Program-made: the position numbers and the translations under genes | In this document: positions 21,582 through 30,919 of the stretch, in pieces | How the letters are laid out: the number at the start of each line of letters is the position of its first letter | How positions within the stretch are numbered: the stretch's first letter is position 1 | Source of the DNA: Spirochaetota bacterium | GTDB lineage: Bacteria > Spirochaetota > UBA4802 > JAFGDQ01 | Direction: 5' to 3' | DNA length: 64,000 nt | Assembly (NCBI GenBank): GCA_043803405.1 | Contig: JAZDKB010000009.1 | Span: 128,001 to 192,000, forward strand | Notes under the pieces: generated by a model | What the model saw: only the letters and a program-made list of their open reading frames with translations | The model's database searches: none | What the model was told of the DNA's origin: nothing

Positions 21582-21713
21582 GCCTAATGATATGAATCAG
21601 CTGTTCTTGCGGGTAAAGGCACTGGATTACAAAAGCATAGTGGCTTTAACCTGCACTGAATTTAAAAACAAATAATACACGAGCAAAAATAAGACTGGAA
21701 CACGATTATAGGT
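21582..21713 (-). mobile_element. Degenerate attC site
   Basis: Minus strand acctataat-cgtg-TTCCAGTCTTATTTTTGC...GCAAGAACAGCTGAT-tcatatc-ATTAGGC; inner boxes resemble the attC at 22647, but both core GTT/AAC triplets are mutated. Confidence 0.6.
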
Positions 21714-21733
21714 TTTTATTTTTTTACTATTAA

Positions 21734-22123
21734 TTATACAAGCCATGTTTTATTTGGACGCTTTTGATAAATATCAACTATTTGATAATTTTGTAATATT
21801 GGTAAAATATAGTTTATACAACGTACATTTGAATTTTTATCTCGTGAAACAAGACAAAGAGGACCTGCTGCTTTTTCTGAATTTGATGAACGAATCTCAC
21901 ATTGATTTTTAAAATAATGATCGTTTTGAAACAGGTAGTGTAATGTAGAGGAAAACGATTCTTTAGTTATTGAAATATTTTGAGGTGTAATTGTAATTTT
22001 TTGGTTGTATTTCTCTTTGATAAAAAAATTTTTCCCTTTGTAAAGATCAGGAGTTCTGAACTGCCGACCTTCTTCTAACTTAGACCATACTTTTTCGATT
22101 ATATTTTGACAGTGTTCGCACAT
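21734..22123 (-). CDS. Hypothetical cytoplasmic protein (gene cassette)
   Basis: 129 aa, N-terminal CxxC, 'AGPLC...VRCINYILPIL...RPNKTWLV'. Confidence 0.7.
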   Translation of the reverse strand: MCEHCQNIIEKVWSKLEEGRQFRTPDLYKGKNFFIKEKYNQKITITPQNISITKESFSSTLHYLFQNDHYFKNQCEIRSSNSEKAAGPLCLVSRDKNSNVRCINYILPILQNYQIVDIYQKRPNKTWLV

Positions 22124-22156
22124 ATTTCATTTTCTATATAGTATATCTAAACACAT

Positions 22157-22624
22157 TTATTTATTTTGGTTTTGAGATGCATAATGCTTCAATCTATTAG
22201 GTAGATCTTTTTTTAATCCTGTTTCCCATAACAGCAGAGGGATTTCATCTCTCCATTTATTTTCGCTATTAAAAATTCCTTTAGCAATTAAATTTCGTTT
22301 TTCATATAACTTAAATTGTTTATTTCGTGAATTAAATACAAAAACATGTGTAGCAGTTGTATCAAATATATTTCCGCTATATTTAGCTGACTCTGTAGAT
22401 GTTCCGACTATTTGAATTTAATTTTTAATGAATATATTTTCAATATAATTATGAACATATTTAGAATTATCTGATAGTCCGAGGTACTTAGTAAGTTCAT
22501 CATCCGAATTTACAAAAATAGAAATCGAAGGATTATCAGTAGGAGTTTTCTTTATAATCAAATGATTATATGATGTCATGCAACCATATAAAAAGAGAAA
22601 AATAATAAAAAATAACCTTTTCAT
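22157..22624 (-). pseudogene. Lipoprotein cassette gene interrupted by one in-frame TAA
   Basis: Lipobox 'LYGC'; after TAA at 22418-22420 the same frame stays open (IQIVGTSTESAKYSG...QNQNK) to TAA at 22157. Confidence 0.7.
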
Positions 22625-22646
22625 TTTTTTACTCCAATAAGATATT

Positions 22647-22777
22647 TTCCAACGAAATGTTCAGCTGCATGGCGGGTACTGGCACAGGCATTGCTAACCC
22701 GGCCAATAATGGAACATGCATAAATAACAGCAGCTAATCCAGCGCCAGCCATGTCAGACTCGAACCGCTGGTTAGGC
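22647..22777 (-). mobile_element. Integron attC recombination site
   Basis: Minus strand GCCTAAC-cagcgg-TTCGAGTCTGACATGGC...GCCATGCAGCTGAA-catttc-GTTGGAA. Confidence 0.85.
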
Positions 22778-22974
22778 CTCTTTCTTTGCATTTATCAGAA
22801 TACATGCTGATGGCATCTAACGATTTGTCAAGATCAAAACTTTGTGATTTAGCCGATTTTCATGTATCATAATTTCTAATGCCGATCATCCAATTTGCCG
22901 AATGATAAATATTATTTACTAAATTTTATATATTATCATTTCTTTCATTGCCCTTACAACAATTACAAACATAG

Positions 22975-23450
22975 GTAAACGAACCGGCAGAGTATATTCA
23001 GCGTGTCCCGAATGCGCTCAAAGCTATTCTGAAAAAGCACTTTCAGAGCTTCTCTGAAAAAGACAGCAGTAAATACAATTCAGGATCAGAAAGGATCAGA
23101 CTTGATAGAATAGAGTCATTCAAGGATAGCCTGATCTCTTGCGGTGATTACACAAAAGGAATAGCGCGTATACAATGCTCAAAACTCGATTGCAAGCACG
23201 AGATATTCAGGCCATTTTCCTGCAAACGCTTTTACTTCTGCCCGTCGTGCAGCCAGAAAAGAGCGATTCTATTTGGTGAACACGTCTCTGACGAAGTACT
23301 TCTAAAACTGCTGCACAGGCATTGTTCTGGCGTTTCAGTCTTACGGTGACTTTTAAGATTTAATCCGCACTTACACAGCCTGATCCTCGAAGGAGGCTTT
23401 GACGAAGACGGCAATTTCATTTTTAGGCAGATACGCTATTTTGACCCCCT
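22975..23450 (+). pseudogene. IS91-family (zinc-binding plus HUH) transposase remnant
   Basis: Manual translation 'SCGDYTKGIARIQCSKLDCKHEIFRPFSCKRFYFCPSCSQKRAILFGE', then in another frame 'FQSYGDFLRFNPHLHSLILEGGFDEDGNF'. No start codon, internal deletion, C-terminus missing. Confidence 0.85.
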
Positions 23451-23529
23451 GCTTGGCCATTTTGTTGTGAATTATTAGTTGAAATTATTTTCAGGATTGC
23501 TATCTTATTAGGATGAAGACAATAAAACT

Positions 23530-24552
23530 ATGCTGATAAAAATCAAAAAAATTATTTTCACTTCACTTCTCCTGTTAATTTCAGGCATAGCATGCGGAGG
23601 AGGAAGCGATGAACATGGAACTACTTCATGGTATGAGGTGACAGATTTTCAATTAATCAATACATACAACGATTCCACAAGGCTTACCCTGCTGTATCCT
23701 AAAACTGTTTCCGGAAATATTATCTATATTGAAAGTTCAACTGATCTCCACATAAACACAGTGAGTGATTTCAATAATAGCCCTGCAGCAAAAACAACAA
23801 AGACTGTTGCTGCGGATGATAATATATATGATGATTATATCACTTCAATCTCTTACGGCAGTTTAAAGAAAGTGTACTTTTATGTGCTGTACGACGGCAT
23901 GCTCAGAACATTTACAGGCACAACATCCGGTTCCGGTTCAACAACAATAACCGGATCAGTAACCGGATCAACTACAATGACCACTACAATAACATTGCCT
24001 ACCGGTTACAATGATGATACATTAAAAACATGGCCATTCATAGTCTCGTTAAAAGGACCGGCTTTCGGTAATCTTCCATGTATTACGTTATGTGTTAATA
24101 TAAGCTGGAGTAACAATACACAGTACAATGCCGATCTCGAAGCTATTAAAAATCTGGTTAAATCTATTATTGAAGGTACGGTAAATGTCGGGGATGCCCC
24201 GGCCAGGATTAATAAAAATAAAATTTACGGATTCGGATTCAGCGCCGGAGGATGCGCTGTAATGCAGATAGCCAACGATGATGCTAGCAGTCAATATGAT
24301 TTTATTGCAATTATCGGAGTCGGGATAAGTTCATGGATTGGGCAGTATTATTCCGATAATCTGGGTGATAAAAATATCTGGCTGTTCTGGGGCGAGGATG
24401 ATGATCCCTATGGTCCACAGACAGTGACCGCATTCGGATATATCCCTGCCGGTAGCGGCGAACATATTTTAACAGAGATGTACGATACGGGTCATACGTC
24501 GACTCCAGTAACTGCAAGTCCGTATATGTATATGTGGCTTTTAAGTAAATAG
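23530..24552 (+). CDS. Lipoprotein with C-terminal alpha/beta hydrolase domain
   Basis: Lipobox 'GIAC'; nucleophile 'GFSAGG', Asp in 'WGEDD', His in 'DTGH'. Confidence 0.7.
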   Translation: MLIKIKKIIFTSLLLLISGIACGGGSDEHGTTSWYEVTDFQLINTYNDSTRLTLLYPKTVSGNIIYIESSTDLHINTVSDFNNSPAAKTTKTVAADDNIYDDYITSISYGSLKKVYFYVLYDGMLRTFTGTTSGSGSTTITGSVTGSTTMTTTITLPTGYNDDTLKTWPFIVSLKGPAFGNLPCITLCVNISWSNNTQYNADLEAIKNLVKSIIEGTVNVGDAPARINKNKIYGFGFSAGGCAVMQIANDDASSQYDFIAIIGVGISSWIGQYYSDNLGDKNIWLFWGEDDDPYGPQTVTAFGYIPAGSGEHILTEMYDTGHTSTPVTASPYMYMWLLSK

Positions 24553-24691
24553 GGATGACGATTATAAAAATAAATTCGTTAAAATAATAAAGTAAATGAA
24601 ATAAATTTTGTTTTATTCTCCCTTTCTGTGATCTAGAAATATTATTTGTTATAGATTTACTTGGTAATTTATCCTTGCTTTAAAAAAGCTT

Positions 24692-26347
24692 TTATTTCCA
24701 GTCGAAATACTGTAAACGGGTAATTCCGGGAAGCAGACGCCCGAGGTCTTTTCCGTCACTTAGCCGTATTAACCGCAGCTCGGCATAGCCGCAGGTCCGG
24801 ATATATGCCGCGTACTGCCCGCTTGGGTCATACACCGGCAGCCAGTTTATCCACGGGTCATGGACAAGCGTCCGCTGGCCGGAACCGTCCAGTTTTGCCT
24901 CAACAATATCCCATGGGACAAAGGACGCGCGGATATCCGAATAAAAATCGTATGGTGCCGTTATACGTTCAAATATCGCGCTGTCACCTTTTGCTACAGG
25001 GTCATGGTCTACAACATCATCTCCAAATGAAACCTGTTTTACATTGGTTCCGTCCGAGTCCATAATCGCGATCCTTAATTCGAATTCGTCAGGATAAGTG
25101 TACCATGGAGTCCACCTGCTAGTTTTAAAGATAATGCGTCCATCAGTTAACCAGTCAGGGTCATTCTCTTCGGTGTTAGTTGTTGTTTCAATACTCAGGT
25201 CTGTCGCAGTGCTGATGTCATCTGAATCCGCGACCCATATGTGGCCGGTACCGTATTGAAATGTTATATAAACAAGCTTCGAATCATCGGGTGACCAGCC
25301 AGGGTGGCCATGTACGAATCCTGTTGCTGAATTGAAGCGGTGGTAATCTGATCCGTCAAGTTTTATCATGTAAATATCTACATTGTTTGTTGTAAACATG
25401 GGTGTTGTTGATCCCATAAAGGCGACCCGGCTGCGGTCATGAGATAATGAAATGTTATCAATATACAGGCTTTCAAATTCCGCAACTTTTAAAGGGTCTG
25501 AATCTGTACATGTAAGCCGCGTAACAGCTTTTGTCTGCGGGTTGAATTTATAAATCTTACCTTTTTCATCTTCATGTCTGCTTATCAGTACTATCTGTCC
25601 CTGAAGATCCCCAGGTATGCTTAAATGAGAAAGTGGCCCTGCTGCAGTGAGCGGTATTTTGCTCCATTCACCTTCAAAGATATAGCCCGCATGGGTTGGT
25701 GTGCTGAACATGTGATTTACGATCATAACATTAAAACGGGAGGAGGGAGTTATATTTTTATCGTCAGTGTCGGTGCTTGTCAGCGGAATTATAAACTCCG
25801 CTTTATATTTTTTTTCACCAGGATAATACTTCATGTATCCGTTACCGTCTCCAATGAGATCATCATATTCGGCAGGATCAACCGGTGTTTTCCGTGAATC
25901 AAGATATTGCGCGCTGTTAAGCTCACTTACAATTATTTTCTGATCTTCATCATCCTGAAAAATCCCATCACCGTTGTTATCGATCATCAGAAATATTTCG
26001 TCACAGGCAACCGGGCCGCTTGAAGTGTACTGGTCGTCAAAAGATTCGTCAGTCCATTCTACTGCAATATATAATTCCCGGTCATCATTTACAAAAGCAA
26101 TGCGGACAGGTATGGTAGTGTAAACAACCTGGTCTGCAATGTTTCTTAGCGTAATGGTGTAGTCCTTGACATTACTGAGAGTAGAAAAGTCAACTATTCC
26201 GTCAACAGGGTATAATTCGGACAGGCTGGGATCTGTATGGCCGGGAGTAGAATTATCAGAATTAGTTTTTGAACAGCTTATTATTCCAATAATTAAGAAA
26301 TTGAGTAGGAATAAGGTACTAAAGTATGCTATCGATCTTTTTACCAT
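24692..26347 (-). CDS. Lipoprotein with TolB-like/PD40 beta-propeller and possible N-terminal DOMON/CBM9-like domain
   Basis: Lipobox 'IISC'; 'HPGWSPDDSKLVY', 'DPDWLTDGRIIF', 'PVYDPSGQY'; 'LYIAVEWTD'. Confidence 0.75.
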   Translation of the reverse strand: MVKRSIAYFSTLFLLNFLIIGIISCSKTNSDNSTPGHTDPSLSELYPVDGIVDFSTLSNVKDYTITLRNIADQVVYTTIPVRIAFVNDDRELYIAVEWTDESFDDQYTSSGPVACDEIFLMIDNNGDGIFQDDEDQKIIVSELNSAQYLDSRKTPVDPAEYDDLIGDGNGYMKYYPGEKKYKAEFIIPLTSTDTDDKNITPSSRFNVMIVNHMFSTPTHAGYIFEGEWSKIPLTAAGPLSHLSIPGDLQGQIVLISRHEDEKGKIYKFNPQTKAVTRLTCTDSDPLKVAEFESLYIDNISLSHDRSRVAFMGSTTPMFTTNNVDIYMIKLDGSDYHRFNSATGFVHGHPGWSPDDSKLVYITFQYGTGHIWVADSDDISTATDLSIETTTNTEENDPDWLTDGRIIFKTSRWTPWYTYPDEFELRIAIMDSDGTNVKQVSFGDDVVDHDPVAKGDSAIFERITAPYDFYSDIRASFVPWDIVEAKLDGSGQRTLVHDPWINWLPVYDPSGQYAAYIRTCGYAELRLIRLSDGKDLGRLLPGITRLQYFDWK

Positions 26348-26441
26348 TTTTCATCTCTCCAATTTTTTACTCTTTTAATAATAAATATATACAATGTTTA
26401 TTAAAAAAACGACATTATTGAAATTTTTTATCCTAATTATA

Positions 26442-26546
26442 GAGATCAATGAAAGCTATACAAAGCTCCGTCTTAGTATTCATAACTATTTGCCCGCCCC
26501 AAACTACCAATTCATTCAGTAAACTTTGTATAGTCTGATTCAGGGC
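26442..26546 (-). mobile_element. Decayed attC-like inverted repeat
   Basis: 10-bp IR CTATACAAAG (26456-26465) / CTTTGTATAG (26524-26533) just after the DJ-1 gene stop; R boxes not recognisable. Confidence 0.4.
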
Positions 26547-26576
26547 AATTTCAAAAAAATTTAAACTTCAATAATA

Positions 26577-27200
26577 TTAATTTTTTAATGAATTCATTAA
26601 TTCGAAGTAATACTTTGCTTCTTTTGTAATATATAATGAATACCAAGCAGATAATGTTTCTTTTTTGAAAATTTTTAATTGTTGAATAATCTCAAATGTG
26701 AATTCTAGTGGAGCTAAACCAGTGGCAGTAATTAGATTTTGATCACATACAGCAGGTTTTTCTTGGTATTTCCCTTCTCCACTATAATCTGGGCAAATCA
26801 TTTTTAAATATTCTTTGCTATTGGAAGTATGCATTTTATTATTTAATGCACCAATACGTCCTAAACCTATAGTTGCTCCACATATTGCTGCTACATTGTA
26901 ATCTCTTTCTATATAATTTTTTGCTATAAATAATGCATTTTCGTTTTCTTTATTCAACCATGTATCTGCACCAGGTAAAATTAAAATATCTTCTTTATTA
27001 AGATTTATTTTTTCAATGGTCATATCTGGAGTAATTGCTATTCCTCCCATTGTTTTTATTGATTCTCTTGTATTACCTATTTTAATCAAAGCACATTCTT
27101 CATTTTTATTCTTGAAATATCGCTTACTCGTTAACTCCGCAGTAATAAATCCAATTTCCCAATCAGCTAATGTATTTAATAAATATAAATATACTTTCAT
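26577..27200 (-). CDS. DJ-1/PfpI family (type 1 glutamine amidotransferase-like) protein
   Basis: 'LADWEIG', 'LILPGADTW', 'AAICGAT', 'HTSN', 'LITATG'. Confidence 0.9.
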   Translation of the reverse strand: MKVYLYLLNTLADWEIGFITAELTSKRYFKNKNEECALIKIGNTRESIKTMGGIAITPDMTIEKINLNKEDILILPGADTWLNKENENALFIAKNYIERDYNVAAICGATIGLGRIGALNNKMHTSNSKEYLKMICPDYSGEGKYQEKPAVCDQNLITATGLAPLEFTFEIIQQLKIFKKETLSAWYSLYITKEAKYYFELMNSLKN

Positions 27201-27244
27201 CTTAATTCCTCCACAGTAATAATTGTTTTTATTAGTATGTTCAC

Positions 27245-27299
27245 AAAGGATCGTACTTTACAGTTTTTGTAAACACGGGTGTAAAGGATGATCCTTTAC
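27245..27299. repeat. REP-like palindrome doublet
   Basis: GTAAAGGA-tga-TCCTTTAC (27281-27299) plus the degenerate copy AAAGGATCGTACTTTAC (27245-27261). Confidence 0.5.
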
Positions 27300-27654
27300 T
27301 GTGCCGTATCAATTCTAACATATTATTATATAGTTTCCATATAACTACGGCTATTCAGTCAATTTCACCCATTTATTGCCGGATTATAACTTTACCTGAC
27401 TGTATAATATTACAATTAGCATATTATCCCGAAACCGGATAATACCGCTATAGTATCATCGCATATAATTTACTGATAGCAAATGCTACTCCGGTCTCGA
27501 CTGCCAGAACTGTCTGCCGCAGACACGATAGGTCGTACCCTGCTTTATTAATTATTAGCTTCTTCAGACATCGATCTAAGAAATTTTTTCTTACAATTTA
27601 TATATGTAAATTGCTTAGGTGAGTTTTCTACATTGAAACGCCAGGCACTTTTAG

Positions 27655-28392
27655 CTAGTTTTTATCTTTAATTTTTTGGTCAACAACTTGTATGAACTTT
27701 TCAGCTATTTCATTTTCTATTTGTATGGCTTTTTCTAATTCCTGTGGTGTAAAAATATCTTTCGTTACATGCAGATTTACTTTGTAAAGATGACATCTGC
27801 CAGGTTCTTTTTCAGAACGGTCGATGAATTCAGAGAGTTCTTTTCCTTCACCAATAATGTCATGGGAAATTTTATTCTGAATATTTTTATGCACGATAAA
27901 AGTAGTTTCAGTCCCAATCAGTTTTAATTTTGTTAAACCCTTCTTTTTTAACTCGATAAGTTCCTGAAGCTCTTCTTTGTTCATCGGCGTCTCCTTTTTG
28001 ATAATAACTTCTCTATCATTACAGATTATAGTTTCAAATTTTATTGTCAATTCTTCTATTTTCTTACGAACCTCATTTAAATTAAATGGTTTTTTTAAAT
28101 AGTCATCCATTCCGCATTCGGAATATTTATCTTTAATTGAAATATTTCCTGTAACTGCAAGGATAGGAAAATATTTTGTTCTACGGCGAATCAACTTGGT
28201 TGCCTCGTACCCGCTCATATAAGGCATGTCAATATCCATTAAACAAATATCATATTTGCCTTCATTTTCTATTGCGCGGTTGACTGCATCTCTTCCATTG
28301 TCCACAAGGTCACAAGTATATCCCCACTTTGTAAGAATTTTTTTATAAAAGTTACTACTGGTCTGATCGTCTTCTGCAACTAATATTTTCAT
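27655..28392 (-). CDS. Response regulator with uncharacterised C-terminal domain
   Basis: 'ILVAEDD', 'LMDIDMPYMSGYEAT', 'DDYLKKPF', plus about 125 aa with no recognised fold. Confidence 0.85.
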   Translation of the reverse strand: MKILVAEDDQTSSNFYKKILTKWGYTCDLVDNGRDAVNRAIENEGKYDICLMDIDMPYMSGYEATKLIRRRTKYFPILAVTGNISIKDKYSECGMDDYLKKPFNLNEVRKKIEELTIKFETIICNDREVIIKKETPMNKEELQELIELKKKGLTKLKLIGTETTFIVHKNIQNKISHDIIGEGKELSEFIDRSEKEPGRCHLYKVNLHVTKDIFTPQELEKAIQIENEIAEKFIQVVDQKIKDKN

Positions 28393-28787
28393 ATTATTTG
28401 TCTCCCTATATTAAAATTCGCAAGTACTTTTCCTTAATGATTTAATGTAAAGTGAGCTTTGGTTATTCGTGTAAGGTTAATTTAAAATTTTTTATAAGAA
28501 CTTCTATATTTTTACTCTATGTACTTTCCTGTAATTAAAGGCAGTCAAATTCGCTCTGTTAACGACATCAAAAAGGTGTGAACCGCAATGCCGATGCTGA
28601 TAACAAATCGATTTAATCTCGGTAGCTCACCCAACCTGGCACAAACACAACAAGTAAATCAGGTTATATTATATCTTAAGCATTATACTTTGCAACGCTC
28701 TGTTTTCTTTTTAAAATTTACATCTATTCAAGTCATGGATATAAAAGTCTTAAATTTTTTATTTATGTATCATTTAATTATTAACTA

Positions 28788-29176
28788 TTATTGGCAGAAG
28801 TCATCTGAGATACTTCCCGAACTTCCGCCAGCAATATCCATCTCACTGGCAAGTTTATCATCTGTATAAATAGCAATTGTAATTGAGCTTCCTATATCAT
28901 TGTTTGTAGCATATAAAACTGCCTGCTGGCATATATCGGATAATTTTACTGTAAAATCATAATTCCATGGGAGGCTGTTGATTTCAGAACTTACCCATGT
29001 CGAGCCGGCTGAATTACCTCCATGCACTTCACCGCTATTAGTGAGAAATGTTACAGAAACGCTGCTGGAATCTCCGGTTATAACATATTTGAAATTAACT
29101 TCCTTCAATAGTGAAGCTAATGAGGTTAAATCGCAGCCGATAAAAAAAAATAAAATTATTATCAGTTTTTTTTCAT
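28788..29176 (-). pseudogene. Lipoprotein with its start codon out of frame by one base in a poly-A tract
   Basis: RBS AAGGA, then ATG-A8-CTG; an A9 tract gives MKKKLIIILFFFIGCDLTSLASLLKEVNFKY, in frame with ORF 28788..29108. Confidence 0.65.
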
Positions 29177-29236
29177 ATAATAGTCCTTAAATAACACTCC
29201 TTATGTTCCATATTTTGCTAATGATTGAGATTTGCC

Positions 29237-29728
29237 TCATGCATCCAGTTTAACTTCGCCTGTCTCAACATCAAGCAAAACTATAAAAAGTTGCAACAAT
29301 GATCGATCTGAAAGGTATCGATTGATTTCCCGATTGACTTCTTCAATAAGTAACCGGATATCCTCAAACTCTCTAATTGCCCGAATATAATCAGTGTCGG
29401 ACATAAACGGCCATCCATACGATCTTAAAGCGCCATGTACAATATAATTGCGAATATTTCGCACATATTCAAGTCGATCTGCCAATGAGTCATCAGGTAA
29501 TTGTTTCTGAAGCCCTTTAATAAGTTGGCCAAGGGTTTTCGACCAGAATTCAGCAGGATCCAGCTTACTCAGAAGACCCAGATGTGTCGCCAGACTAAAT
29601 TCAAATGACTGGATGACTGCCAGTGCCGCCCCCAGAGAGACAAATAGAGCAAGGTCGTCATGACTTCGCTGGAATTTAAAAGTAGTGTCTTTTCCTACTG
29701 GCAGAAGTATTGGTTCTTCATTATTCAT
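29237..29728 (-). CDS. HEPN-like domain protein
   Basis: 'KTLGQLI' followed by the RxxxxH motif 'RNYIVH' in an all-helical 163-aa protein. Confidence 0.6.
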   Translation of the reverse strand: MNNEEPILLPVGKDTTFKFQRSHDDLALFVSLGAALAVIQSFEFSLATHLGLLSKLDPAEFWSKTLGQLIKGLQKQLPDDSLADRLEYVRNIRNYIVHGALRSYGWPFMSDTDYIRAIREFEDIRLLIEEVNREINRYLSDRSLLQLFIVLLDVETGEVKLDA

Positions 29729-29825
29729 TTTTGCAACCTTATATGATCTTCGAGAAAAAAATATCAGAATTCTATTTTAATGCTTTTTATCGTTTCATCT
29801 GAGTTTGCCCCTGCCATGTGGGCCG

Positions 29826-29941
29826 GATAAATGCTGATAAGCCAATACGCGATACCTGCTCCAAAGCAATTTAAGCGAAGGCGAACTTCTCGGACAAACT
29901 CCAGCAAAGGGACTGGTCACATTTGGCTTCCAATGTTGAGG
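29826..29941 (-). mobile_element. Degenerate attC-like site
   Basis: Minus strand CCTCAAC-attgg-AAGCCAA...TTGGCTT-atcagc-ATTTATC, about 35 nt after the stop of the upstream lipoprotein. Confidence 0.4.
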
Positions 29942-29975
29942 ATTTTTATTTATTCTCTGTAAATATGTAATTATA

Positions 29976-30572
29976 CTATTTCTCACCTTTAGTATTCAGG
30001 AATTCTTTAATTTTTATCAATTCGGAATCAGACACTTTCATAGTAATTGCATCTGTCATTGCGTATAATCTATATTCCAAACTTTTAGAATTTATAATTG
30101 CTTTTTCAAGATCACTTGTTAACATTATTTTTCCTGTCAATAATTTTGATTCTCTTGTAGAAGATTCGACCTTTACTTCGTCTTTCCCTGTCATAAAGTT
30201 CTTTTCTGTTTTAGACTCATGTTCAACTTCAGTTTGCATTTTTGAAGATGGATCATTAAGTTTAAGTTCTGTGACTTTATTATCAACCTTAATGAATGCC
30301 TCATTCTTTAAATCATTAACATTCACAGATGCAATTATGCTAAAGAATACATTTGTTGGTGTACTCTTCCCATCTTTTATTTCCCTAAAATATTTCCCAC
30401 CATATGTCGTTACTCCTTTACTAAATCCACCTCCATCTATAGTTGCGTCATGATCCATATCCATTGTTATCACGATTGAATTTTTAAAAGAGTCTTTCTT
30501 AACCTGGATTTCACCGGTTGTACATCCAAAAATAAAACTAAAGCAGATGAGTAAAAAAACAAATCTTTTCAT
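29976..30572 (-). CDS. Putative lipoprotein
   Basis: Lipobox 'IFGC'; GAGG RBS. Confidence 0.75.
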   Translation of the reverse strand: MKRFVFLLICFSFIFGCTTGEIQVKKDSFKNSIVITMDMDHDATIDGGGFSKGVTTYGGKYFREIKDGKSTPTNVFFSIIASVNVNDLKNEAFIKVDNKVTELKLNDPSSKMQTEVEHESKTEKNFMTGKDEVKVESSTRESKLLTGKIMLTSDLEKAIINSKSLEYRLYAMTDAITMKVSDSELIKIKEFLNTKGEK

Positions 30573-30803
30573 ATGAACCTCTTTTTGTTGTAATTTTTTT
30601 TATAAATATAATTTATTGATATAAATTAATAATCTGCAATTCAAACACGGCTTCACCTAAGCTCCCGAACGCCCCTGCAACCCCGCCCGCCCTTCATGCT
30701 GAGTCAGCTTTATGCTCAGAACGCTCATGCATATAGTATGCTTTTGCTGCTGCGATTGCCTTCCTTTGCGTATTGCGAAAAGTAGGTTGAGCAATCAGCA
30801 AGT

Positions 30804-30919
30804 GAATAACAATGTACCAAATACCCCACTGACGATTAAAACAAAACTCAGTTGTGTTCTCCACGACACCAACAAGCTTAACAATTTAAGCATAGACGGA
30901 TTTCGTGTAAGTGTTATGG
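30804..30919 (-). mobile_element. attC-like site overlapping a stop codon
   Basis: Minus strand CCATAAC (contains the TAA stop)-actta-CACGAAATCC...GGTATTTGGTA-catt-GTTATTC. Confidence 0.45.

Noticed and set aside
22418..22420. Stop-codon recoding
   Set aside because: The codon is TAA, which terminates many normal genes here; there is no selenocysteine or pyrrolysine context.
23232..23420. 62-aa minus-strand ORF
   Set aside because: Antisense to the IS91 transposase remnant.
28553..28680. Additional attC (TGTTAAC...GTTATAT)
   Set aside because: No convincing inner L-box complementarity, and it lies more than 100 bp from the gene stop.
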